This document shows, piece after piece, positions 44,065 through 51,947 of a DNA stretch of 64,000 nt. The notes under the pieces were generated by a model. The model was not told where the DNA came from and did not search any database. It worked only from the letters and a program-made list of their open reading frames with translations. The stretch comes from Fimbriimonadales bacterium. GTDB taxonomy: Bacteria > Armatimonadota > Fimbriimonadia > Fimbriimonadales > Fimbriimonadaceae. Positions within the stretch are counted from its first letter, which is position 1, and each line of letters opens with the position of its first letter. The stretch spans positions 47,766 to 111,765 of the forward strand of contig JBBQWO010000007.1 of assembly GCA_038210535.1 (NCBI GenBank). Direction: 5' to 3'. Both the position numbers and the translations under genes were made by a program.

Positions 44065-44466
44065 TTGCAGATGTCTGCGACTAACCCCGAACGGAAGATG
44101 CTCCGCGTGCTCGTCGCAGATGACGAGCGGCATGTGGCGCGGCTGGTGCAAGTCAATTTGGAGCGGCTTGGCCATTCGGTCGAACTAGCCCACAATGGCC
44201 TTGAGGCACGCGATATGGCCCTCACTGGCGGGTACGACCTGCTCGTGCTCGACATCATGATGCCGCACATGGACGGGGTGGAGGTGCTGAAGGCGCTGCG
44301 CAGGGATGCGCGAACCAAGGATCTGAAGGTGGTAATCCTAACGGTAAAGGCGCAGGATGAAGACATTCTGCGGGGATTTGAGAGTGGTGCAGATTTCTAT
44401 CTAACCAAACCTTTTAATCCGGATGAAGTGGCGAAACTTATCTTTCAAATCATGGCGGAGCCTTAG
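44065..44466 (+). CDS. Stand-alone CheY-like receiver
   Basis: 133 aa. 'RVLVADDERHVARL', 'LLVLDIMMPHMDG' and 'ILTVKAQDED'. It starts 4 nt after the beta-CASP stop. Confidence 0.85.
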   Translation: MQMSATNPERKMLRVLVADDERHVARLVQVNLERLGHSVELAHNGLEARDMALTGGYDLLVLDIMMPHMDGVEVLKALRRDARTKDLKVVILTVKAQDEDILRGFESGADFYLTKPFNPDEVAKLIFQIMAEP

Positions 44467-44478
44467 ACCGCCGCAGAG

Positions 44479-45639
44479 GTGTATCCTCTGCGAATGGTTC
44501 GCCTCGGTATCATCGGCCTCGGAAACATGGGCACGGCCCACGCAAAGACGGTTTCGCAACTCAGCGACGTACAACTTGTGGCGGTCGCAGACGAAGATGT
44601 GAGACGCCTCACCGACTACGCGGAACTGAAGATCTTTGACAACCCTCAAGCCCTGATCGAGTCCGGGGAGGTGGACGCGGTGCTCATTGCCACGCCGCAC
44701 TATAGCCACACGACGCTTGGCATTGCGGCGCTAGAAATGGGCCTGCACGTTCTCGTCGAAAAGCCGATCTCAGTTCATAAGGCGGACGCAGAGCGCCTGA
44801 TCGCGGCTTGGAACCCCGACAAGCAAGTTTTTGCGGCCATGTTCAATCAACGAACCGACCCCTTCTATCAGACTATTCGCGACATCGTACAGGGCGGGCA
44901 ACTTGGGGAAATCCGGCGCACGAACTGGATCATCAGCAACTGGTTCCGAACGGAGGCGTACTACGGCAGCAGCGCCTGGCGCGCTACGTGGGCCGGAGAG
45001 GGGGGCGGGGTGCTGTTGAACCAATGCCCTCATAACCTGGACCTTTTCCAGTGGATTTGCGGGATGCCTTCAAAGGTGCGCGCGTTCTGCACCTTCGGCC
45101 GCGACCATAAGATCGAAGTCGAGGACGAGGTTACGGCATACTTCGACTATCCCAATGGAGCGAGCGGGGTGTTTATCACGAGCACCGGCGAAGCCCCGGG
45201 CACGAACCGTCTAGAGATTGCCGGCGACCTTGGAAAGCTGGTTTTTGAGGCGAACAAAATCACGATCACCAAGAACGAAGTTTCCGCGCGCGAATTCTGC
45301 AAGACTTCCAAGGAGTCGTTCGCCCAGCCCAAAACCACAATCTCGGAGATCTCGCCTGAAGGCAAAGCGGGCCAGCATCGTGAGATCATCGAGAACTTTA
45401 TAGCCGCGATCACCCACAATGCGCCCGTCATCGCGCCCGCTGCCGAAGGGATCCATTCAATAGAGCTCGCCAACGCCATGCTCTACTCGGCATGGACCGA
45501 CACCACCGTGAGCATCCCGCTTGACTCAGCAGCTTATGAGGCAGCCCTCCAAACAAAGATAAAGGAATCCAGCTTTCATAAGGAAGTCCAGGAAGGCGTG
45601 AAGGTGGACATGGCCAACTCCTTTGCCGCCACGTCTTAA
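44479..45639 (+). CDS. Gfo/Idh/MocA-family oxidoreductase
   Basis: 386 aa. It has 'RLGIIGLGNMGTAHAK' and 'HVLVEKPIS'. Confidence 0.85.
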   Translation: MYPLRMVRLGIIGLGNMGTAHAKTVSQLSDVQLVAVADEDVRRLTDYAELKIFDNPQALIESGEVDAVLIATPHYSHTTLGIAALEMGLHVLVEKPISVHKADAERLIAAWNPDKQVFAAMFNQRTDPFYQTIRDIVQGGQLGEIRRTNWIISNWFRTEAYYGSSAWRATWAGEGGGVLLNQCPHNLDLFQWICGMPSKVRAFCTFGRDHKIEVEDEVTAYFDYPNGASGVFITSTGEAPGTNRLEIAGDLGKLVFEANKITITKNEVSAREFCKTSKESFAQPKTTISEISPEGKAGQHREIIENFIAAITHNAPVIAPAAEGIHSIELANAMLYSAWTDTTVSIPLDSAAYEAALQTKIKESSFHKEVQEGVKVDMANSFAATS

Positions 45640-45644
45640 GCGAG

Positions 45645-48083
45645 CTACCGTTTGTCGGCTTCCGTTTCCAGTCGAAGGCTCATCTTTGCAATGCGGTCGG
45701 GCAGGGCTTCGCTAGAAACCTGATCCCTCAAGCGGTCCACTAGGATGGGGAACGCCAGGGGGGTCGGACGTTCGGGGTACGTGAAGAGTAGCCGGGAAAA
45801 CGACAGGCGCTCCAATGCTTGGGAGAGGCGGGTTTGCTCGAGTTGACGATCGAGGACCTCGCGGGTGGCTTGGCGTATGAGCAAGTTGTCGGGTTCATAA
45901 CGCCTGAACACGTCGTAAAAGAGACCGCTCGATCCTTGGATTTGGCGTGCCGTTTTTCGCATTCCCGGATAACCTTCGAAGATGAGACCGGAGATGCGTG
46001 CGATCTCACGGAACTGGCGTCGGGACAGTTCAATAGAGTTAAGGCTGTCCAAGATATCGGTGCCCACATTCTGGGGCGACAGCAATCCGGCATCGATTGC
46101 TTCTTCGAGTGGTGCGGGCTCCACGCTCAGAAGCTCGATTCCATAGTCGTTGTAAGCCATGCTGAACGTGATCGGCCGCAGGCGTGACATGCGATAGGCC
46201 AGCACCGCAGCCAGCCCCTCGTGGACCAGCCGGCCCTCGAAGGGATAGAGAAAGAGATGGAATCCCTCACGCGTCTTGACTCGCTCGATTAAAAGCTCGT
46301 CTTCATGAGGAATCGCCGACCAACGATTCTGAACCTCCAGCAAGGGCGCCATGGCGACCATCTCTTCGGAGATCAGCTTGCCATCGCGGGCACTGGATAA
46401 GGTGCGACGGATGGAAGCCGAAAGTTCGGTCGACAGCGGCAGCCGCCCGCCCATCCAGCGCGGGATCGCACCTTGTGAGTTGCTCGCACGCCGCACCCAC
46501 GCCGTCATGTCTCGCATTCGCACGAAGGCTAGGGGCTTACCGGCAAAGAGAAACTTATCGCCTGGCTTAAGCCGGGCGATGAAGGATTCTTCGACGGTCC
46601 CGAGCCGCCCACCCTTCAGATACTGAACCACCACCGCTGCATCGCTAAGAATGGTTCCGATCGACATGCGGTGGCGTCGAGCGATCTGCTTGCTTTCGAC
46701 TGTGTAGCGCCCGTCCAGCAGCACCACGCGCCGGAAATCTTCATAGGCTTTTAGCGACTCGCCGCCACGCGTGACAAAGTCGAGAGTCCAGTCCCATTCC
46801 TCAGCGCTGAGATCCTTGTACGCTTGCGTGGTGCGCACCTCGTTCAAGAGCTCGTGATACTCAAAGCCGTCTCCCAGTGCGCAGGTAACGGCGTGCTGAA
46901 CGAGCACATCGAGGGGCCGCTCGACTCCTTCTCGCGACTCGATTTCGCCTCTTTGAGCGGCGGCCCGAGCCGCTGCGATATCAACCAGTTCCAGAGCGTG
47001 CGTAGGAACGCACGTGATGCGGCTCGGAGCACCGGGTCGGTGGCCGCTCCGCCCGGCTCTTTGGAGCAGTCGGGCGACTCCCTTCGGGCTCCCGAGTTGG
47101 ATTACGCGATCAACCGGCGTAAAGTCCACCCCTAGATCGAGACTCGAAGTGCAGACGACCGCTCGAAGGAGACCCTCCTTCAGCCCGCGCTCAACTTCGT
47201 CACGAACTGCTCGATCCAACGAGCCATGGTGCAAGGCGACCGTTTCCGACCACTCCGGTTTAAGTTCAAGGATCGCCTGGTACCAGATCTCCGCTTGCGA
47301 TCGCACGTTGGTGAAGACGAGGCATGTTCCGCCCTCCGCGATTGCGTCCACCACTGCGGGGACCATCTGCTTGCCGACATGACCGGCCCAAGAGAATCGG
47401 TCCACATACTCAGGCAACAGGGAGTCGACAATGATTTCCTTGACGACATCTCCTTGAATCATCACGCCCGAGCGGGAAGCGTGGGAGTCCACTCCAAGCA
47501 AGGTGGATAGAGCGTTAGGCAAATTGCCGAGCGTCGCAGATACCCCCCATATTCTCGTTTGGGGGCTTGCGGTTCTCAGTCTGGCAAGCGCCAGTTCTGT
47601 TTGAACCCCTCGCTTAGTGGACATCAGTTCATGCCACTCGTCGACCACGATGCACTTGAGGCTGGAGAACGTCTCGCGCCAGCCCTCATAGCTGAGCATC
47701 AAGGTTAGGCTTTCTGGCGTTGTCACCAAAGCGGCCGGGAGCTTCTTCTTTTGCCGGGCCTTGACCGCAGCCGACGTGTCCCCGGTTCGCAGCTCCACTG
47801 TCCAGGGAACGCCCATCTCAGCGAGAGGCATCTGTAAGGAAGCCGCCGTATCAGCAGCCAAGGCTCTCAGGGGCGTAATCCAGAGAACCTGAATCCCATC
47901 AGGTTGCTCGCCATTCAGGGACTCGAGCACAGGACCAAACCAAGCGGCAAGGGTCTTGCCAGTTCCGGTTGCGGAGTGGATGAGTCCGCTATGACCGGCG
48001 AGATACGCTCGCCACACCTCTCTTTGAAATTCGAAAGGCTCCCAGCCGCGCTTTTCGAACCATTGTTCTGCGGGTGAGAGCAT
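45645..48083 (-). CDS. Lhr-type DExH helicase of the 'ligase-associated DNA damage response' kind
   Basis: 812 aa. It has 'WFEKRGWEPFEFQREVWRAYLAGHSGLIHSATGTGKTLAAW', 'VVDEWHEL' and 'GRSGHRPG'. The length and N-terminus match that subfamily from memory. Confidence 0.85.
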   Translation of the reverse strand: MLSPAEQWFEKRGWEPFEFQREVWRAYLAGHSGLIHSATGTGKTLAAWFGPVLESLNGEQPDGIQVLWITPLRALAADTAASLQMPLAEMGVPWTVELRTGDTSAAVKARQKKKLPAALVTTPESLTLMLSYEGWRETFSSLKCIVVDEWHELMSTKRGVQTELALARLRTASPQTRIWGVSATLGNLPNALSTLLGVDSHASRSGVMIQGDVVKEIIVDSLLPEYVDRFSWAGHVGKQMVPAVVDAIAEGGTCLVFTNVRSQAEIWYQAILELKPEWSETVALHHGSLDRAVRDEVERGLKEGLLRAVVCTSSLDLGVDFTPVDRVIQLGSPKGVARLLQRAGRSGHRPGAPSRITCVPTHALELVDIAAARAAAQRGEIESREGVERPLDVLVQHAVTCALGDGFEYHELLNEVRTTQAYKDLSAEEWDWTLDFVTRGGESLKAYEDFRRVVLLDGRYTVESKQIARRHRMSIGTILSDAAVVVQYLKGGRLGTVEESFIARLKPGDKFLFAGKPLAFVRMRDMTAWVRRASNSQGAIPRWMGGRLPLSTELSASIRRTLSSARDGKLISEEMVAMAPLLEVQNRWSAIPHEDELLIERVKTREGFHLFLYPFEGRLVHEGLAAVLAYRMSRLRPITFSMAYNDYGIELLSVEPAPLEEAIDAGLLSPQNVGTDILDSLNSIELSRRQFREIARISGLIFEGYPGMRKTARQIQGSSGLFYDVFRRYEPDNLLIRQATREVLDRQLEQTRLSQALERLSFSRLLFTYPERPTPLAFPILVDRLRDQVSSEALPDRIAKMSLRLETEADKR

Positions 48084-48114
48084 TTGGCTAGTATGAAAGA
48101 GGCTGAATAGCGAA

Positions 48115-48145
48115 GCGTGGCTCTGCTAAACCTGCAAAGCCACGC
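48115..48145 (-). terminator. Hairpin downstream of the 48166-49029 gene
   Basis: GCGTGGCT (48115-22) pairs with AGCCACGC (48138-45), with a 15-nt loop. The T-tail is weak. Confidence 0.4.
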
Positions 48146-48165
48146 CTACTGTCGCCAAGTAACCG

Positions 48166-49029
48166 CTAGGCTACGTAGCCGCCGCCCGTGCGAGCCTCGT
48201 ATGCATTGAGGTTCGAGGCGCCGTATTTGGTGAGGGTCTCGGTAATCTCTTCGCGGGTGCAATCGCCGGAAGGAGCGTTGACTGCGAGGACCGCGCCGCC
48301 GCCCTGGATCGCCTTGTCGTAATCAGCAGCGACGTGCGCGTCGACTCCCTGATCCTTGAGATAGCCCGTGACTGCTCCGGCTGCTGCGCCCGCGCCGGTA
48401 GCTGCTGCTACTCCGCCAAGAGCTGCCGCTAATGCGCCGCCGCCAACTACCAGGCCAACACCAGGAATGAACAGGGAAGCCAGCGCTGCCACTGCTCCCA
48501 CTCCCAGGCCCCATCCCGCGCCCTTAACGGCGCCTGCGCCCGCGTCAGCTCCGGTCGTCGTTGAGATGCCGTGCTTGGCAGCATTCTCGGTGCTGTCGGC
48601 GCTGTCGCTTGAGGAACTTGAGGAGCCGGAGCGGCCCTCCATATCCACGGAGTCTCTTGCCTCCGAACCTGCGGCCCCCATATTCTGGTGCGCTTCTTGG
48701 TTCTGTCGATCAGTCGCGGCTTCGTACTTTCGCTCGCCAGCCTCGTTGCCGAGCGCGTCGTTGATGCCTGCCATGGTCCGATTGCCGCCTTCAGCGATCT
48801 TGTCGCCTGCTGCTGCCATATAGCCCATGCCCGCATCTCCCGCATTCTTCAGATCGTTTTCGCCATCTCCGGAGTAGCCGTGCGAGCTGGTGGTGGTGTT
48901 GCCGGAGGCATCGGTGTGGCTGCTGACAACGCTCAGGTCCTCCGAGCGAACGCCATGGTCGAGTAGGGCTCCTGCGGCCTTTTCAGCCAAAGAAGGGTCA
49001 GCGAACGAAGCGTAAATTGTGTTTCCCAT
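48166..49029 (-). CDS. YflT/general-stress-like protein with a central acidic Ser/Gly region and a glycine-zipper membrane segment
   Basis: 287 aa. The N-terminus is 'IYASFADPSLAEKAAGALLDHGVRSEDLSVV'. The hydrophobic segment is 'GWGLGVGAVAALASLFIPGVGLVVGGGALAAALGGVAAATGAGAAAG'. The family call is tentative. Confidence 0.5.
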   Translation of the reverse strand: MGNTIYASFADPSLAEKAAGALLDHGVRSEDLSVVSSHTDASGNTTTSSHGYSGDGENDLKNAGDAGMGYMAAAGDKIAEGGNRTMAGINDALGNEAGERKYEAATDRQNQEAHQNMGAAGSEARDSVDMEGRSGSSSSSSDSADSTENAAKHGISTTTGADAGAGAVKGAGWGLGVGAVAALASLFIPGVGLVVGGGALAAALGGVAAATGAGAAAGAVTGYLKDQGVDAHVAADYDKAIQGGGAVLAVNAPSGDCTREEITETLTKYGASNLNAYEARTGGGYVA

Positions 49030-49134
49030 GTCTATTTAACCTCTGAGTGCTCGATAACGCGGGCGAATCGTTTTCGCTGCTATCGGCATATACCTAGGGC
49101 TTTGCATTTGACTCGCAGGTTCCCAATCCTGGGA

Positions 49135-49914
49135 CTAGTCGCATGCCCAATACCAAGACCCATCGGTGGGGTGAGTCTCACCGGATCGGTGCCCTTCAGG
49201 GTGGACGATCGAGTTATCCAAACCGCCCGCGCCGGTTGAGAACTTGGCGTGTCCGTCAGAGAATATGAGGGTGCCGCCGTTGCTGTGCCACTTCGTGAAG
49301 TAGTTCCAGGGAGCCGGGCAGTCGTAGCCGTATTTTTCACACGCTCCCGCTATTTGGGAGTTGTCAAAAGCCGCCATCATTTCGTCGCGCATGATCCGGC
49401 TCTCGGAGGGGAAGGAGATCATCGACTCGGATACCAGGGCAGTATAGTCGCGCGGCTCATTGTTGCCGGTGGACTCACCGGCAACAACCGAGTACATACA
49501 CTTGGTGAAGCGATAGCTGCTGCCATAGGCACTCCAATAGGAGTTCGATCCGGGCACGTCTTGGGCTGTATATGGGCCGCCCGCATCCATGGGGCACTTG
49601 AACAACTCGACCAGTCCATTGCTGCCGCTCCCCGATTGGATGTAGGGTGCGAGAAGCACCTCGACTCCCTTGTGACCCGATTTTCCCCCCGGCGGCTGAC
49701 TGTTGTAGGCGTAGTGAATGGGGAACATCCCATCGTAGTCCTGCAGATACATTGAGTTCGCGATGCCAATTTGGCGAGCGTTGCTCAGGCAGGCTGTTTG
49801 TTTCGCGGCTTCTTTGGCGCGCGCGAAGACTGGGAAGAGGATTGCTGCGAGGATCGCGATGATTGCGATGACGACGAGAAGCTCGATGAGCGTGAAACCT
49901 TTACGGTGGTTCAT
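49135..49914 (-). CDS. Prepilin-type N-terminal cleavage/methylation domain protein (second pseudopilin-like gene)
   Basis: I prefer ATG 49914 ('[34 protein letters not shown]'). It also has '[18 protein letters not shown]' and C-terminal 'FSDGHAKF'. Confidence 0.85.
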   Translation of the reverse strand: MNHRKGFTLIELLVVIAIIAILAAILFPVFARAKEAAKQTACLSNARQIGIANSMYLQDYDGMFPIHYAYNSQPPGGKSGHKGVEVLLAPYIQSGSGSNGLVELFKCPMDAGGPYTAQDVPGSNSYWSAYGSSYRFTKCMYSVVAGESTGNNEPRDYTALVSESMISFPSESRIMRDEMMAAFDNSQIAGACEKYGYDCPAPWNYFTKWHSNGGTLIFSDGHAKFSTGAGGLDNSIVHPEGHRSGETHPTDGSWYWACD

Positions 49915-50308
49915 TGGTGTTGCCTCCAGATGCCAGGGAGCCGCCATCGTTTTGCGAAAGCGGTCTCCAAGGGAGGCCTCTCCGCGATCCCTCCGCCGGT
50001 ACTAACCGGATCAGGTGTTTGGGGTCTTTTCGGCACTTCCACCGAAAACTCTCAGCCATCGTGGCTCCCCCTGCGGGCGAATTCCTGTAATCAATCTCTA
50101 TTTTAGCCGCCAAAACGGCTTCGCGGTCAAAAAGTTGCCGGGCGGCGGGTAACCCATGGCGTTTCCGCTTGTAGGCAGAGCCGCGTGCTCCGGCACTTAG
50201 CATTGTGAAAAGCGCGGTAGGCTTCATGCCGGAGATGCCCCAAAGTGAGTACAGATTAAATTTTCTCCACCCTTTGAGTTGTTCTTGTTCGTACTTATCT
50301 TCAAGCAT
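49901..50308 (-). CDS. Doubtful hypothetical ORF upstream of the pseudopilin
   Basis: 135-aa ORF. The 5' half is noticeably AT-richer than its surroundings. I recognise no motif, and a TTGACC-19-TAAAAT promoter-like site lies inside it. It may be non-coding leader. Confidence 0.25.
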   Translation of the reverse strand: MLEDKYEQEQLKGWRKFNLYSLWGISGMKPTALFTMLSAGARGSAYKRKRHGLPAARQLFDREAVLAAKIEIDYRNSPAGGATMAESFRWKCRKDPKHLIRLVPAEGSRRGLPWRPLSQNDGGSLASGGNTNEPP

Positions 50309-50463
50309 GGAATAGCTGGAACATCCTGTCAGCCATCCGATGTCAATCGCATCAACTTCGAAACATGAATCTGCTTCAGAAAAGGCACCGCTTCACTCCC
50401 GATTGGCTTTGCGTCGCAAAGCGAAAGCGACGACGCTCAAGCAAAAATTCCGTGCCCGTGCAA

Positions 50464-50832
50464 ATGGCCATGCCATTGTTGTTTCTCGCGCTCATCGATA
50501 TCTACGCAACTGTCTCGATCGCCTTTGGAAGCATTCCTCCTTGGGTGCCTCTACTGTGTGGCTCGGCCTGGATCGGCGTCCTCATGGGACGCACGACTCT
50601 CAATCGTGTTCTTTCCCTGGGAACGGGTGCGGTCGTCGTCGTCTGCACCTCTGCGGGGATAGGAGTATCTTTCTGGCTCGGCAACGGCTTCATGAGCCCA
50701 GAGACGGGGCTGGCGTTGCGCAACTACTTCGCGCTCCACTGCAGCGCGATCATGGTGGGGCATCTCCTAGCGATGATCTTGTTCTCAGGTGTGCGAATAG
50801 GAAGGCGCCCGCTTCAGCAACTCCAGAGTTAG
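50464..50832 (+). CDS. Possible small multi-pass membrane protein
   Basis: In the frame of track ORF 50365-50832, ATG 50464 gives 'MAMPLLFLALIDIYATVSIAF...' with about 4 hydrophobic helices. Its 3' end overlaps the convergent peptidase gene by 48 nt. Confidence 0.35.
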   Translation: MAMPLLFLALIDIYATVSIAFGSIPPWVPLLCGSAWIGVLMGRTTLNRVLSLGTGAVVVVCTSAGIGVSFWLGNGFMSPETGLALRNYFALHCSAIMVGHLLAMILFSGVRIGRRPLQQLQS

Positions 50833-51915
50833 GCGCGCTGTGTCGATGAGATCCTGACGGGAAATGTGCTCGTCGTGGGTATGGATCTTCTCCATTCCGG
50901 TGGCTACGACGATGCAGGGTAGGCCCTTCGAGTTGTAAATATTGGCATCACTTCCGCCCAGGGTCGTTCTAAGTTTGGGGTCGAACCCTAAGGCTCGGCT
51001 TGCTTCCATGGCCAGCCTAACGACTGGTTCGTTCGGATCGATGACATAGGCGCTATAGTGTCGCTCGTGCACGATTTCAACCGTCGTACCCCACTTTGCA
51101 GCTGCTTCCTCGAATCGTTGAATCATGTGGCCCGACTGCTTGTCGAGCTCCTCGACGCTTGTGCTCCGAGCCTCCCCGCGAATCTTAACTTCTGGACAAA
51201 CGACGTTGACCGCCGTTCCACCCATGATCATGCCCAAGTTCGCGGTGGTTTCTGGGCCGATCCGACCGATTTTCATTCCGCTGATTGCATCGGCAGCCAC
51301 TTGGATCGCGTTGATGCCATTTTCCGGGTCCTTGCCGGAGTGGGCGGGAATGCCATGAATCGTGATATCGAGCTTGTCGTGGGTGGCGGTTCTGGTCACG
51401 AACGTTCCGACGGGCGGACCAGTGTCCAACACATAGCCAAAGTCGAGGTTCAAGTCGTCGATTTCAAGAGCATTGGCACCCTTCAGGCCGATCTCTTCGG
51501 CCACCGAGAGAAGGAGGCAGATGTCGCCATGCGGCTCTCCTGATTCTCTTAGGGCTAGAACCGCCTCGATCGCGGGGGCCATTCCTCCTTTGTCATCCGC
51601 TCCGAGGATCGTGTCTGAAGTGCTGTAGAAGACGCCGTCCCGCTCTTCAATGACCAGCCCCGCAGTGGGTTCAACGGTGTCGAAATGGGCCGAGAGGAAG
51701 ATGCGAGGGGCATCCGGGAGTTCGCCGCGCAGCCATACGATGAGGTTGTTGCCGCTGCCTCCAATCTTCTCGCCGGCTTGGTCCTCATGGACTTCAAGGC
51801 CGCAATCTATGAGGTATTGCTTGGTCCAGGCCACACATTCTCGTTCCGCCAGGGATGGCGCGTCGATGCGCACAAGGTCGAGGAATAAGCTGACCAGCCT
51901 CTCTTCATTGATCAC
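50785..51915 (-). CDS. M20-family metallopeptidase (peptidase T-like)
   Basis: 376 aa. It has 'SAHFDTVEP', 'GADDKGGMAPAIEA' and 'EEIGLKGA'. Confidence 0.85.
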   Translation of the reverse strand: MINEERLVSLFLDLVRIDAPSLAERECVAWTKQYLIDCGLEVHEDQAGEKIGGSGNNLIVWLRGELPDAPRIFLSAHFDTVEPTAGLVIEERDGVFYSTSDTILGADDKGGMAPAIEAVLALRESGEPHGDICLLLSVAEEIGLKGANALEIDDLNLDFGYVLDTGPPVGTFVTRTATHDKLDITIHGIPAHSGKDPENGINAIQVAADAISGMKIGRIGPETTANLGMIMGGTAVNVVCPEVKIRGEARSTSVEELDKQSGHMIQRFEEAAAKWGTTVEIVHERHYSAYVIDPNEPVVRLAMEASRALGFDPKLRTTLGGSDANIYNSKGLPCIVVATGMEKIHTHDEHISRQDLIDTARLTLELLKRAPSYSHT

Positions 51916-51947
51916 GTCTCGATTCTACATCTCTTGTGCGACTCGTA

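Noticed and set aside
42682-48083. A complete ligase-associated DNA-damage cassette (Lhr plus beta-CASP exonuclease)
   Set aside because: The beta-CASP protein is the 459-aa RNA-specificity type. It is separated from Lhr by two unrelated genes and lies on the opposite strand. No ligase or PdeM is present.
48323-48966. Five overlapping 60-150-aa ORFs on both strands
   Set aside because: They are generated by the Gly/Ala/Ser low-complexity DNA of the 48166-49029 gene.
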